DNA of 64,000 nucleotides. Source: Chiloscyllium plagiosum (lineage: Eukaryota). A program made the position numbers and the translations under genes. The notes below the pieces were generated by a model, which saw only the letters and a list, made by a program, of their open reading frames with translations, was not told the DNA's origin and searched no databases. The stretch spans positions 24,773,199 to 24,837,198 of the forward strand of contig NC_057740.1 of NCBI RefSeq assembly GCF_004010195.1. Direction: 5' to 3'. Shown one piece after another: positions 25,071 to 37,994 of this stretch; the first letter of the stretch is position 1, and each line of letters opens with the position of its first letter.

Positions 25071-25288
25071 GTAAGGAACATTCCCAGCTGCTCCAGGATT
25101 TGGTCGCTGCAAGAGATTTCAGCTGCTAAATAGGGACGATGAAACTAGCGCTAAGTGTTACCTGAGAAACAACATCTCTTCCTGTGTGACCCGATGGTGA
25201 CAGCGAGTGAGTGCAATGTACAAGAGTTGACTCTGCCCGTTCCAGTTCATAGTTTCGTTGCAAGCGCTACTATCAGAAAATAGTGGTT

Positions 25289-25747
25289 ATAGAGTCATAG
25301 AGATGTACAGCATGGAAACAGACCCTTCGGTCCAACCTGTCCACGCCGACCAAATATCACAACCCAATCTAGTCCCACCTGCCAGCACCCGGCCCATATC
25401 CCTCCAAACCCTTCCTATTCATATACCCATCCAAATGCCTCTTAAATGTTGCAATTGTACCAGCCTCCACCACATCCTCTGGCAGCTCATTCCATACACG
25501 TACCACCCTCTGCGTGAAAAAGTTGCCCCTTAGGTTTCTTTTATATCTTTCCCCTCTCACCCTAAACCTATGCCCTCTAGTTCTGGACTCCCTGACCCCA
25601 GGGAGAAGACTTTTTCTATTTATCCTATCCATGTCCCTCATAATTTTGTAAACCTCTATAAGGTCACCCATCAGCCTCCTACGCTCCAGGGAAAACAGCC
25701 CCAGCCTGTTCAGCGCCTCCCTATAGCTCAAAATCTCCAACCCTGTC
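25289..25747 (-). mobile_element. Young HER1/CR1 LINE 3' fragment
   Basis: LNRLGLFSLERRRLMGDLIEVYKIM...; near-identical to 13275-13730 and 39340-39770. Confidence 0.9.
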
Positions 25748-28129
25748 CACAGCAAATTGTATTCTCTTATATATCAATATTTACGGTTGATGGAGGGGAT
25801 AGTACAGAACCTAAAGTCGGGCTAATTTCAGTAAATGCCAATTTATATAAAATGCAACTATTATAAGTGTTTACTGTAACAATAGCCCCCATCTTGGGAA
25901 GGGGGAAAGCACATGAATCAAGAAGGAAGTTACGGATAGGAGTTTTTAAAAATAAAAACCTTCTTTTGTGTGGTGAGTGGGAGAAAGGAGATGGAAGAGA
26001 ACTGAAAACAAGATCATTGGAGGTAAAGGGCAGATGCTGAACAGGCTGGAAACAGCAACACAAGTTGCCCTGGAGGATTGGGAGTAATGGTGATTAGACT
26101 GTAGGTGAATTTGAAAATAAGGATATTAACATTAAGATATGGGTGTTAACGTGAGTCCATGTGGGTAGAGATGATGATCAAACTGGATTTTGTTATGGGA
26201 TAAGTATTAATAGCAGTGTTTTGAGTAAGCTGAAGTTAATGTTGAGCAACTGGTCTGGAGGGACTTGGGTGAATGAGGGCTTAAATGGCCAATGATCCAA
26301 TGTAGGAGTGGAAACATATGGGCATGATTTTTGTAATACACCAATCTGATTTCAAATCCAGATTGATAACCATCTGATTCTAAAACAATGGCTAGGGAGA
26401 AGATGAACAGGTCTAAACTGTAAATACAAAGGTAAAAATATTGACTATACTCAGTATATCAGGAGCATCTCTGGTGGGAGACAGTGTTAATGTTTCAGGT
26501 TTGGAAATATTAGTTGTAACAGGTTTTAAGCTGTGGAGGAGCAGAAGTAGCCATTTGGCCTTTCCTTTTTCGTTTTATTAAATTATACCTGATCTGATTG
26601 TGGTTTGAATTTTCTACTTTGCTCTCTGAGCCCCACAATTCTCTACTCCCTTGTTTATCAAAAATCTTTTGGCTTTGAGTAAATTCCATGACACAACCCT
26701 GCCCATTTCCTTGACCTTTGAAAAGGAAAATTCTATAGCCTTACAACTGAGGGGGAAAAAAAAATCTCCTTATCTGTCTTTAAAGAAAGAGTTCTTAAAA
26801 CTGTTTGCGTATACTTGATGCCAAAGAAGGTTGTCATGCTGGTATCTATCCTATCAAATTCCCTCATGACCTTGTACATATCAAAGTTTTAAAATCTCTC
26901 AAAGCCAGGTTATAGTCCAACAGGTTTTTTTGGTCGTACTAGCTTTGAGCGCTGCTCCATCATCAGTAACTAGTGTTGTGATTTCTTTGACTTTGTACAC
27001 CCCACTCCAATACTGGCACTTCCACATCATGTATATTTCAATAAGGTCCCCTCATTCTTCTAATTTCCCAATAGGAACTCACCCAATCCAGCTCAACCTT
27101 TTGTTTGAATGAGCCCTTCATCTCAGAAATGAGAAGTTTTTGAACTGTTCCTTTTCAAATAAGGAGACCAAAACTGTACATGTGTTCAAGATGTGGTTTC
27201 ACCAAAGCCCTGCTGCAATAAAATTGCTCTGCTTTTGTATTCCATTCCCCTTATAACAGTCACCATTCTATTTGTCTTCCTAATCATTTGCTGGAGCTGC
27301 AAGCTGATTTTTGTTTTGTTTTGCATCGCAGATCTCAGACACAGTGTGGCAATCTCTATTTTAAATAGCCACTACTTTATTCATTCTTCCTTCCAACGTA
27401 GACTAATTCACATTTTTCTACACTAGACTCAATCTAACAAATTTTTGCCCACTGTCAATCTACTTATCTATTACAAGACCCTTCATCTGCTTTTGGCAAC
27501 TTATCTTCTAGCCTATCTTTCATCGGCAATTATCATTGTCAAATGTGTCTGCTGTATGTTCAGTCCCATCTTCTGAGAGGTGGGGCAGGGAATGAGGAAA
27601 ACTGTACCATCTGCATTTAGTCCAACCTGCCTTCTCCCTGTTTCACCATCCTAGTTCTCTTCCTCCACTTGATTACATCCTATACCTATAATGTCTGTTA
27701 TATTTTTTTCAGTTCTCTTTAAAGATTGCATCCCTCAAATATTAACTCTTTCCTCTCCACAGGTGATGTTTGGTCTATTAAATAGCACCAGCATTTTATT
27801 TATTTCAGCATCTGCGATATTCTGCTTTGTGGGAGTTTAAACTTTAATGGTTAATATTTCAGACATTCATTCTCTCCATAAATGCTGAATGCTAAATAAC
27901 TAAGATTAAAAGCAGTTGTGTTGGGACTAATTGCTCTAGTTTATTGCTTCATCCTGTTTATCATCTTTTCCTGCTTATGGGTGTTTGGACCTTCTGATGA
28001 CCATCCTCCATGGCGGACTTCCGGACATGCAACAACACAGACTGGCTGAGCAGAGGCTGATAGCCAAGTCCGGTACCCATGGGGACGGCCTCAGCTGGGA
28101 CCCTTGGGTTCATGTCACACTACAGTGGC

Positions 28130-28428
28130 CAGCACGGTGGCACAGTGGTTAGCACTGCTGCCTCACAGCGCTAGAGACCCGGGTTCAATTCCCGACTCAG
28201 GCGACTGACTGTGTGGAGTTTGCACATTCTCCCCATGTCTGCGTGGGTTTGCTCCGGTTTCCTCCCATAGTCCAAAGATGTGCGGGTCAGGTGAATTGGC
28301 CATGCTAAATTGCCCGTAGTGTTAGGTTAAAGGGGTAAATGTAGGGGTATGGGTGGGATGCGCTTCGGCGGGTCGGTGTGGACTTGTTGGGCCGAAGGGC
28401 CTGTTTCCACACTGTAAGTAATCTAATC
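28130..28428 (+). mobile_element. tRNA-derived SINE (HE1 / V-SINE type)
   Basis: Pol III A box tggcacagtgg, B box ggttcaattcc, V-domain-like core tgtgtggagtttgcacattctcccc, LINE-like 3' tail ending taatctaatc. Confidence 0.85.
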
Positions 28429-28429
28429 A

Positions 28430-29250
28430 ATGTCTTGCATAGCTGCAACATGACATCCCAACTCCAATGCTCTGACCAGTGAAGGTGAGTGTGCCAAACA
28501 CCACCTTCACCACCCTATCTACCTGCATTGCCACTTTCCAGAAACTATGAACCTACACCCTGAGTGTTCAACAACACTCCCCAGAGCTCTGCCATTAAAT
28601 TTGTAAGTCCTGCCCTGGTTTACCTTACCAAAGTGTAACACCTTACATTTATCTAGATTAAACTCCATCTGTCACTTCTTAGCTCTTTGGCCCATCAGAT
28701 GAAGATCTTATTGTACTCTTGGATATTCTTCTTCACCGTGTGCTATAACCCCAATTTTGGTGTCATTCACAAACTTACTAACCATACCTCCTATATTCTC
28801 ATCCAAATTGTTAATATATATGATGAACAACAGTGGACCCAGAACTTGCAACACTGGTCACAAGGCTGCAGTCTGAATAGCAGCCCTTTACATTTGTTTA
28901 CATGAAAGGTGTAAGTGGAAAGGTGTAAACCTCATCATACATTCCCGGAACAGGAACAGCACCAGGTGAACCACTGAGCAAAGTCTACTTTTTTGAAACA
29001 GAAAATAAAGCTTCCTCGATGATTTTATGAAAATAAAGACCTTATTACACTGGGGAAAAATAAAAATAAACAGAAAATGGCTCTCTTGACTCCATCCCAC
29101 CAACCTCTTTTCAACAGGGACCAAAATAAAAATAAACTTAAGCAAAATCAAGGTATAGAAACCTTCCGCCACCACTATCTGTCTCCTCATCAATCCAATT
29201 TTGTATCCAGTTGGCTGTCTTCTTGCACTGTGAGAGATTTAACCCTAGTA
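28430..29250 (-). mobile_element. Degenerate CR1 RT fragment with an internal insertion (~28890-29170)
   Basis: Homologous to the reverse complement of the CR1 at 38650-39200. Confidence 0.65.
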
Positions 29251-29289
29251 ACTAGTGTACTGCTGGCATGGTTTGCACTATAATTAGGG

Positions 29290-31010
29290 GCTGGTACAAT
29301 TTTCCCTGGAGTGTTGCAGTCTGAAGGATGATCGTGTATAGATCTATAGAATCATGAGGGGTATAGATAAGATGAATAGCCAAGGTCTTTTTCAAAGGGT
29401 AGGGGAGTCTAAAATTAGGGAGTATAAAGTTTAAGAGGAAATAATTAAAAGCGGCCTGAGAGGCAACATCTTCATATGGTGGTATGTGTATGGACTGAGC
29501 TGCTGGTGGAAGTGGGTACAATGATTCTAAAGCGCGTAGCCTTAAATATGACACACATGCTGTAGAGAGTGCGAGAAAGTGCTTGTTCAGAGGAATTGGG
29601 GACATCTGTTCTTAATATTAGTGGATCGGTATAAATATTTGTTCACTTGTGGAATGTGCGGCAGTACTTCCTTCTCAGGCTGGAGGTGCATATTTCACAA
29701 TAGGATGTCGGATAAGTAAATTGTTGGTTTATATCAAAGACTCTTAACAAAACTCATACTCAATAGGAAAAGAACTTTGTAATTTAATAGGCTGAGTGGA
29801 ATATGCATGTAATAGAACCATCCTGATACATTTTCATGTATACCACACAGAGCAGATTTGAATTTATGAAGCTTAGTTCCCTCCTCTTGACTGTCCTGGA
29901 ATGTGAATGTCGCATTACCCTTACAGGCTAAGAAAGTCGGAGGGTCGATGTGGACTCGATAGGCCGTATGACCAGCTTCCACACTGTAGGGATTCTATGA
30001 TTCTATGAAAACACAGGCTGAAAGTGGCATAGTAAGGAAGTTGTGTGAGTGAGAGAGAGAGAAAACATTCTTCTGTAAATTACATTCACTGACTGAAGGT
30101 TTCAAGGGACACCGAGTGTATGTGAGAGAGAGAGAGACATGACGAAAGCTGGTGGAAAATTTAACTATTTCTGGTCTGATTTGAGTGAACATGCATTGAA
30201 TGTTCGTGTGTTCTTCCCTGGACCCCGAGATCTGGGAATGTTATGAATTGAATTTGCATTCTGGGAATCTAAGGTGATTTTAAAAGAAAAGGCTATTTTG
30301 TAGGACGATACTAGACATGTTAGCTGAGCAAGATTACCTCATGACCTTCCAGCATAATTAAGACCAGTCTCTCATTATGATGTACTAGCCAAAACAATTG
30401 ACCATCTGGCCTGGCTTGATCCAGGTTCCCACTTTGATGTGCATATAGCTTAATTAGGCAAGCGTACTCAGACCTGAGTTTCTCTTCCTCTGCAAATGTT
30501 TGCCATTTTATTGTAGTTTATCTGATTAAGGACATGTGGCATTTTTGTAATTTTGATCCTAAATTCTGTATAAAGACAGCTTGTTTGCAGCAATAAGGGG
30601 AGTAGTCTGAGAGAGCTCTTAGCTGGCACAGGTACTCTGCTAAAGGTTTTAGAACCTTAGCTCCAGCATAGCTTGTAGTCATCTGTTACAGTGTAACATT
30701 GAGCCATTGGTAAATGTAAAAGTTTAAACTGTCTGTAAGAGTTTTATATTCCAGACTACCACAAGAGTATGATATCTGGGACGAACCAAGATAGGCTACA
30801 GGTAGAGTCCATCCCTAAGCCGTCTCAAATAGGTACTTTAACAATTACAGCAATTAAAAGGCATTTGGATGGGTACATGACTAGGAAATGTTTAGAGGAT
30901 ATCGGTCAAATGCATGCAAATGGGACTAGTTCAGTTTAGAATATCTGGTTGGTATGGACAAGTTGGACCGATGGGTCTGTTTTCCTGCTATTAGACTCTT
31001 ATGACTCTAA
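29290..31010 (+). mobile_element. CR1 3' end split by a ~1.3 kb TG...CA insertion (29522-30843, possible LTR)
   Basis: CR1 sequence gtgggtacaa resumes as attacagcaattaaaaggcatttggatggg at 30844; the inserted DNA starts TG and ends CA, TSD unclear. Confidence 0.5.
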
Positions 31011-33510
31011 GTGTTTAAAAATTAACATACTTTTCTAAACAACCTGTTCAGAGGTGTTATTACACACCTCTGGAGCATGTAGGATTTGAATCCAGGTCTC
31101 TCGGTTCAGGGGCAGGGACACTTTGGCAGAAGAAAGTTCTAAACTCTGATTCTATAATTAGAAAACATAATTAATCCAACTGCACCTACCTGGCATGGAT
31201 ATTAACAAATACAAATAATTGGGATTCTCTCAAACTCAATTAGCACTAGGACAGTGCAAGTATAAACAGTAATGTTTATAAAAAAAAGTAACATGAGATT
31301 CTAATTTATACTGCTACTTAGCACTTGTTATGCCGGCCGTTTAAATGAGTTCTAGTTCTCATTGGGTTTTCTGTTTGTTACGTTGTCAAATCCATTCCTG
31401 ATAACAAGTATCTCTGTTATTTTTTTCTCAATATTGGTTGTAATCTAATTTGAAAATTTTACTTTTTTTACTTAAAATAGCAACGTTTGCTCATGGTGGG
31501 GAGGGAAAGACCGTGTGGAGGTTGTGGAGGTGGAAAGGCTTCATGCCTTTTTGCATGTATAATTTCCAATTCCTTTGTTTTTTATTGTCCCTGTCTTTGC
31601 TCTTTCTTTGATTGTGACAAGTTTTTGAAGATCATTTAAATAATATAGTTTAAATGGCATTTAATTTAATTAAATGTTCATTTGGTTTCTTTTATGCAAT
31701 CCCATTTTTGTTTGTGCTTTTGCATGTAATGGGTCTACTTTGAACCAGCAATATTGGCCCAGTGTTTGTGGTCAGCAGCAAAGGGAAAGCACTCACTTGT
31801 AACTTCCTCAGCCACTCAAAAGACTTAGCCAACCTTATGGTGAGTTCCCTCTATTTTAAACTTACCACCATCTATGGCATCCAGCTAGAGTAGATGCAAT
31901 AAGGAGACTGATTAACTGATAAAATTCAACAATTCTCACCTGGCAAAACTGGTAACTAAAAAGTTATTATAGTTCACATTTTAATTATTTTAAAATAAAA
32001 AAAAATGTGAGATTAAGGTGAAATAACAAACTTAATTTTTTTTTAAAAATGAATAATTGTTCTTCAGGGTGAACATATGCTTGTAAAATTATTTTATGTA
32101 TGGCTAGAGAGATTATTCAAGAGTAATTATGATCAAGTATGCTGTTTAAAATCTCAGACACACCTCATTTAACAAGGCTTAACATTTTCAATGCTTTACT
32201 GTGAAAATATTGTAAAATACTGGAAAAAAACTATTATTTCCATCAAGTCATCTCTAGATTGCATCAGCAATGCCTGCATGACAGCTAAATTTTCACATTC
32301 AACTGCACATATATGGATGCCAGAAGTTGCTGTTATTTATTGGCAGTTAGAGGTGACAAATAACCTAGCATGGGTTCAAATCCCACCACAGTAACTGTAA
32401 TGGTGACTGTGAAACTAATGTCAACTGTTTTTTTTTTAAAAAAACAACATCTGGTTCACTAAGTCCTTTTTAGGGAAGGAAATCTGTCAGCCACACCTGA
32501 TCTGATCTACATGTTCCTTCAGACATGCCGTGAAGTGGTTGATTCTTTACTGCCCACAAAATGGCCCACCAGATCACTTGGTTCATCAAATCATGGCTGT
32601 TTTGTTATTATCACAACTATAAATTTTGGGCAGTGCTGATCTTTAAGATCTACTAATGCTCATTTGCTGCCTTCTAAAATACTACTGTTAGCAACTGCAT
32701 TTTGCTGAATTGAGTTCATCCAAGTATATGAAATGAGTTGGCAATATGAAACATCAAGTGGATGCTGAACAGTCCAGGACTATTAGCAAAGAGTCCTTGC
32801 TATCCCATATAATTATATCTATTTCAAAGATTTAAATAACTTTCATAGGGGCAGGTTTAATGTCATGATGAAGCACAAAATAGTATTTGTCTACCACGTC
32901 ACTAAAGATAAGTTAAATGCTGAATCCACTCTATACTGACAGCTGCTTTTGTGACCAGCCTTAACATGTAAGACACAAAAAACTGCAAATTTTCAACATT
33001 AAAATGAATGTTTGATACACAATTGTTTGGTGATGGGGCAATGTGTTGCCAAGAAATTTCTGACTAGCCTGGTATCTCTACTTGCTTTAAATTATTGTTT
33101 CCAACTAGGAGAAAGTTGATCTTAATGTAGTTTACAAAATTCTTCTGACCACATGGCATTGCATGGAATACACAACACAAACTAAACCAAAGAACCTGTT
33201 TATCTACAAGAGTTTTCTCCCCTTCCATCTGCCTCATTTCAATGCAGCTTATTCCCTTTTCCTTGTCTTCAGTAATTTCCTTGTGTGAGCATCTAAGCCA
33301 TTTGTTTTGACCACTTCCTATAGTGGCAAGTTCCATTTTTTTTTTAAACTACCTGTAGAGGAAATCCTTCTTGTTTCCATATTGGAGTTTTTTTTTAATA
33401 TCTAGTTTGTTTTTTGTGTTCCCATGAGTGGAAAGATTTTCTCCTTACCTACCTTTTTGTAACCGAGTTCTGAAACACTTCAGTCCGTTTAATCTTTCTT
33501 GACTAATCAT

Positions 33511-33732
33511 GATTTGGAGGTGTCGCTATTGGACTGGGGTGTACAAAGTTAAAAATCTCTCAACATCAGATTGTAGTCCAATAGGTTTACTTGGAAGCAC
33601 TAGCTTTTGGAGCGCTACTCCTTCATCAGGTGGTTGTGGCTCTACAACCACCTGATGAAGGAGCCGCGCTCCAAAAGCTAGTGCATCCAAATAAACCTGT
33701 TGGACTATAACCTGGTGTTGTGATTTTCAACT
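33511..33732. mobile_element. Short hairpin (inverted-repeat) Penelope-derived element with 12-bp TSD
   Basis: Long inverted repeat centred at ~33640; TSD ttgactaatcat at 33499-33510 and 33733-33744; related copies at ~26885-27030, 34359-34495, 35600-35745. Confidence 0.75.
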
Positions 33733-36569
33733 TTGACTAATCATAGTCTCTCTTCTGGTACCATTCTTCCCTGGAATTTGTTGCATTTCACTATTGTTTC
33801 TCTGATTTTTTTCATTTAGAGATCAGAAGTTTACACTTCTCCTTTTAATATGGTCTAACCAGGATCTGTGCTATTCTAATACTGCTTCGCTACTTTTTAA
33901 TTCTATATCCTATGTTATATCTTGTTTTGCTAGTTATTTTAACTGTTTTGCAAGCTTGCATTTTTTCCTCAAAATTATTTGTACATTTGTGTCCCAGTTC
34001 CCTTTGCTCTTTTATCTCACATAATTTGTTATTTTCTATGGCACAAGTGACCTTTATAGGTTTCTTACTATAGTGCATCACCACATTTAACTTTCATTTT
34101 CCACTTTGTCTGGTCAAGTCTTTTTTTAAATTGTCTTCAATTCTGTTTCTTTCTTTCTTTCTTTCTTTGGTGTTAGCTACATACTTCATTTGCTAAAGCG
34201 AAGGAGATGACAAACTATATCTCATAACTCTGTTAACTAGTCAGTCATTAACAGGTGGTTAATTATGCAGGATTGTTGCATTCAACCACTGATCTGTGCC
34301 TGTGCACAAGTTGTGCATGCCTCAACCTTCAAAGGGAATGTCTCCTGCCTTAAACCTGATTTGGAGAGGCTGGTTTTGGATTGGAGTGTACAAAGTTTAA
34401 AAATCTCACAACACCAGGTTAAAGTCAGAGCAGCGCTAGTGTGCTTCCAATTAAACCAGTTGGACTTTAACCTGGTGTTGTGTGATTTTTAACTTTGCCT
34501 TAAACCTGCCTTTGAGAACTTATTTCAGGTTTTCTGCTTCAGTTTCTTTTGTATTAAGTTTAAGTAAGACCCATAAATTCTTCATATGGAAACCGACTGT
34601 GGAATAAAAGTGTTTTCTCATTAAACAAAATAAAAATTAAATAACTGCAGATGCTGGAAATTGGAAGCAAAAATAGAAATTGCTGTAAAAACTCAAGTCT
34701 GGTAGCAACTGTGGACAGAAATTAGAATTAATGTTTCAGGTCCAGTGATCCATCACCCCTTTGTTTTCTCATTGCTGTTTTTCTTTCCTCTGAAAAAGGG
34801 CCCAAATATTTGAAATAGTGAGGAAGGAATTAATATTCCCAAGATAGCCACAGACTGAAACGTAGCATTCTTTATAACAGAGTTAATTTGGTTAGACCTT
34901 TAGTTGCAAGACAACACTCAAGCTGGCATCTTTCTGAATAAGCGCAATATGGATAGTACAATAGAAGTACTTAATGAGCATGCATAATGATTACAAAGTT
35001 TCTTGCTCAAACGTATGTAGACACTTTTGGCTATGAACTTCAAATATGCAAAGCTTTTAAAATTCCTTTTAACAAAAAGTAGTTTTTTTTTACTTGCTAT
35101 TAAAGATTATTTTTAAATCAGAAGCAGATATTCATAGTCCAACACTCCTCAAGGAGCAATCAAAGGTTGTTAAATGTATCAGAATGAAAATATAGTCTTG
35201 GCAAGTTACTGGCGAAATATTTTGTTGTATTGCCAAAGAAAGCCAACATTCCGGTTCAATTATTTTGCAGTCTAAAAGAATGAAGATTTCAAGCCTCTTT
35301 CAGAACTGAGTAACTTCTAGATGAAATGTTGCAATTGGTAAAACCATGTAATTTGCGTTTTATTAATGCAGTTGGTTAGCCACCAAAAAATATTGAATGC
35401 CTTGGGGAGAGCACCAGAATGAACTGAGACTCATTATTTTGTATATACTTGCATGATAGTAGCTTGACAATCATGTTTGTGATCATTCTAATTGTTGTGA
35501 CACGTCCTGTCAAATTTCTGAAATTGCTTATAATTGTCAAATGTCAAGTAGAATTAAAAATTGAAGTTTTACAGGTTAGGCCATTCCTATATCAAGCAAA
35601 ATTAAAAATCACACAACAGGTTATAGTCCAACAGGTTTAATTGGAAGCACTAGCTTTTGGAGCACCGTTCCTTCACCAGGTTATAGTCCTGGTGTTGTGA
35701 TTTTTAACTTTGTACACCCCTGTCCAACACCAACATCTCCAAATCATATATCAAGGAAATAAGTCAGGTTTGTTTTTAACCCAAATCTAACAGTCAACAA
35801 TAAAACATAGCAGGAAGAAAAATAATTAATTTTTGTCAGTGTTCTCCTTTTGCTCATTTTTGGTTGGGCATTGTGTAAAATCTTATTGTCTGCTCTGTGG
35901 GCATTAAGCAAACAGTACAAGCATTCTTTTTGACAAAATCGGCAAAAAAAAATCCTTTTTCTAAAACTCATAAATGATTGTAAATACTGAAAAGTTATAA
36001 ACATTGTCAAAAAAAAAGATAAACATGGCAACAAAAAAAAATGATTTTGTCCGCAGTGGTTGTGCCACATAAATTCCTTCTCAAAACAAATTTATAGGAA
36101 AAGGTGCATTTCCTGCATAATATTAAAACATATATAAATTTTTTAAAGTGCTGACCTTAATATACAATAAATGACATTTGAAAAATGTTAACATCTTCTG
36201 TCAAGAAGTTTGTGTTCTCCAAAAGTTGCTGTTTTGGGTGCATTACAGATAAGAATATTAGGTGCAAGAAATTTTCTGGACAGCAAATGGCCTTCTGCTC
36301 CTACATCTTATGGTCTTACTGTAAATCCATTTAGCTTTATAAAAGCTGCAAAAGTCTTCAAATGTGAACAATTTAGAAACTTTTTTCAAGTGCCTTTTTG
36401 AAAGCTGCTGGTGCAGGATTTATCCACTCCTCCCTACTCCCCCAATTGTCTTTCAATATAATATAGAAGCTTTGTGTTTCAAGAATATTTTGAATGAATG
36501 TCTTTCATATCAACTGAGTCTTAGACTATTGAAAGTCTGTCTAATATATGCACATCTTTGTTTCTCCAG

Positions 36570-36637
36570 CTGCAAAATGTCGTCTAGTGAAGCTAGTTGT
36601 CAACTTTCTTTTCTACTTTAGAATTGATGAAGAGGAG
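36570..36637 (+). CDS. PLEKHJ1: PLEKHJ1 exon 2 (AAKCRLVKLVVNFLFYFRIDEEE)
   Basis: ttctccag|CT acceptor (phase 1), GAG|gtaaga donor, 68 nt; PH-domain strands. Confidence 0.93.
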
Positions 36638-37994
36638 GTAAGAATGTGTCAGAACTTATTTGGTATGCAAATCACAACTCATTCATCAGTTACTGTATGA
36701 TGTCAAAAATAATATCAAAACCAACTATTTATATGTGCTTTGCTGTAACATCCTTATTATGACTTAATGTCCTGCCATAAATCTGGTCAATTATAGGCAG
36801 AGTAATATTGGATTATGCATAGTGACTTGTAATCTAAATGCCTAACGATGTTTCTATAAAATATTAGTTATAATAAATTACCCATATTAGAAAAGCTGAC
36901 ATGTTACAGAGGAAATTTACCAGAATGGTGGTATAGATGAAGAAGTGTGAGGGAGAAGGTGGCATTGTTCTTATTGGGCCAAATAAGGTTGGAGAGGCAT
37001 GAGATTCAATATTATGAAGACTTTTTTCATCACGTGGATAAGCAGAAACAGTTTCCACAGGCAGGAGAGTTTGGAACTAGAGGATGTGGATTAAGATAAT
37101 TGGCAAAAATGACCCAGGAGGAAATGGGAATGTATTTCACTATTTGCTATGGTGCATATTATCCATTTGATTTCATTTATTATTGTCATGTGTACCTAAG
37201 TACAGTGAGTAGTTTTGTTTGTGAGCAGCACAGGCAGATCATAGCAAGCAAGGATGTGTAGATCACGAGGTGCTTAGACAGAGTAAGGCATTCAGGTTAC
37301 ACTGCACAGGAGGTGCGCGAAGCAAGGTCAACATAACAAGATCAACTTTGTTTGAATATCCTGTGCAGTTGTATTCTATAAAGTTACAATATGAATTTCT
37401 AACGTATTGCAAGATATGGCTTCATAATATGTAGAGATTGCAGATCTCCATATCAAAGTCCATAGCATCATTAACACAGTCTGAGGAAAATTTACTTTAC
37501 CATGAGTTTATATGGAAAACCAGCTACAAAATAAATACTAAAAGTCTTCCAATATGCATAAACCACACAATGTTATATGTTACACTTATGGTTTTTGCAT
37601 CATGAGTGTTGATAGTTAGGAATGGGTTGTATATAACGTTCTGATTTTAAGTAGTTACCATATGTTTAGTTAACCATGTTCGTCTATGCACATATAATTT
37701 TGTCACTGGAAGTTGATGCCACAGAAGGAAGAGAAACATAGAAATTGTGCGACAATAATATGAAAACCTAGTTAAGACCACATTTAGAATTCTGTTTGGT
37801 TCCAGTCATCGCACCTTACTAAGAATGTATTAGTCTTGCAGGCAGTGCAGCCTAGATCTTTTTAAAACAATGTCTGAAATCTGAGGGCTAAATCACAAGA
37901 GATGGCATAAACAATAACAAAAAAAACTGGAATTACTGTGGTTCATCAGCTTCTGTGAAGAGAGAAAGAGTTAATGTTTAAAATCAAAGATCAA

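Larger units (their letters stand above)
24380..25090. promoter_or_regulatory. CpG-rich bidirectional promoter shared by SF3A2 (-) and PLEKHJ1 (+)
   Basis: The main CpG-dense non-repeat stretch in the window; multiple ETS/GABP CCGGAAG motifs (24500, 24580); head-to-head gene arrangement. Confidence 0.75.

Noticed and set aside
28130-28205. tRNA gene
   Set aside because: A and B boxes belong to a SINE head that continues into a SINE core and LINE-like tail
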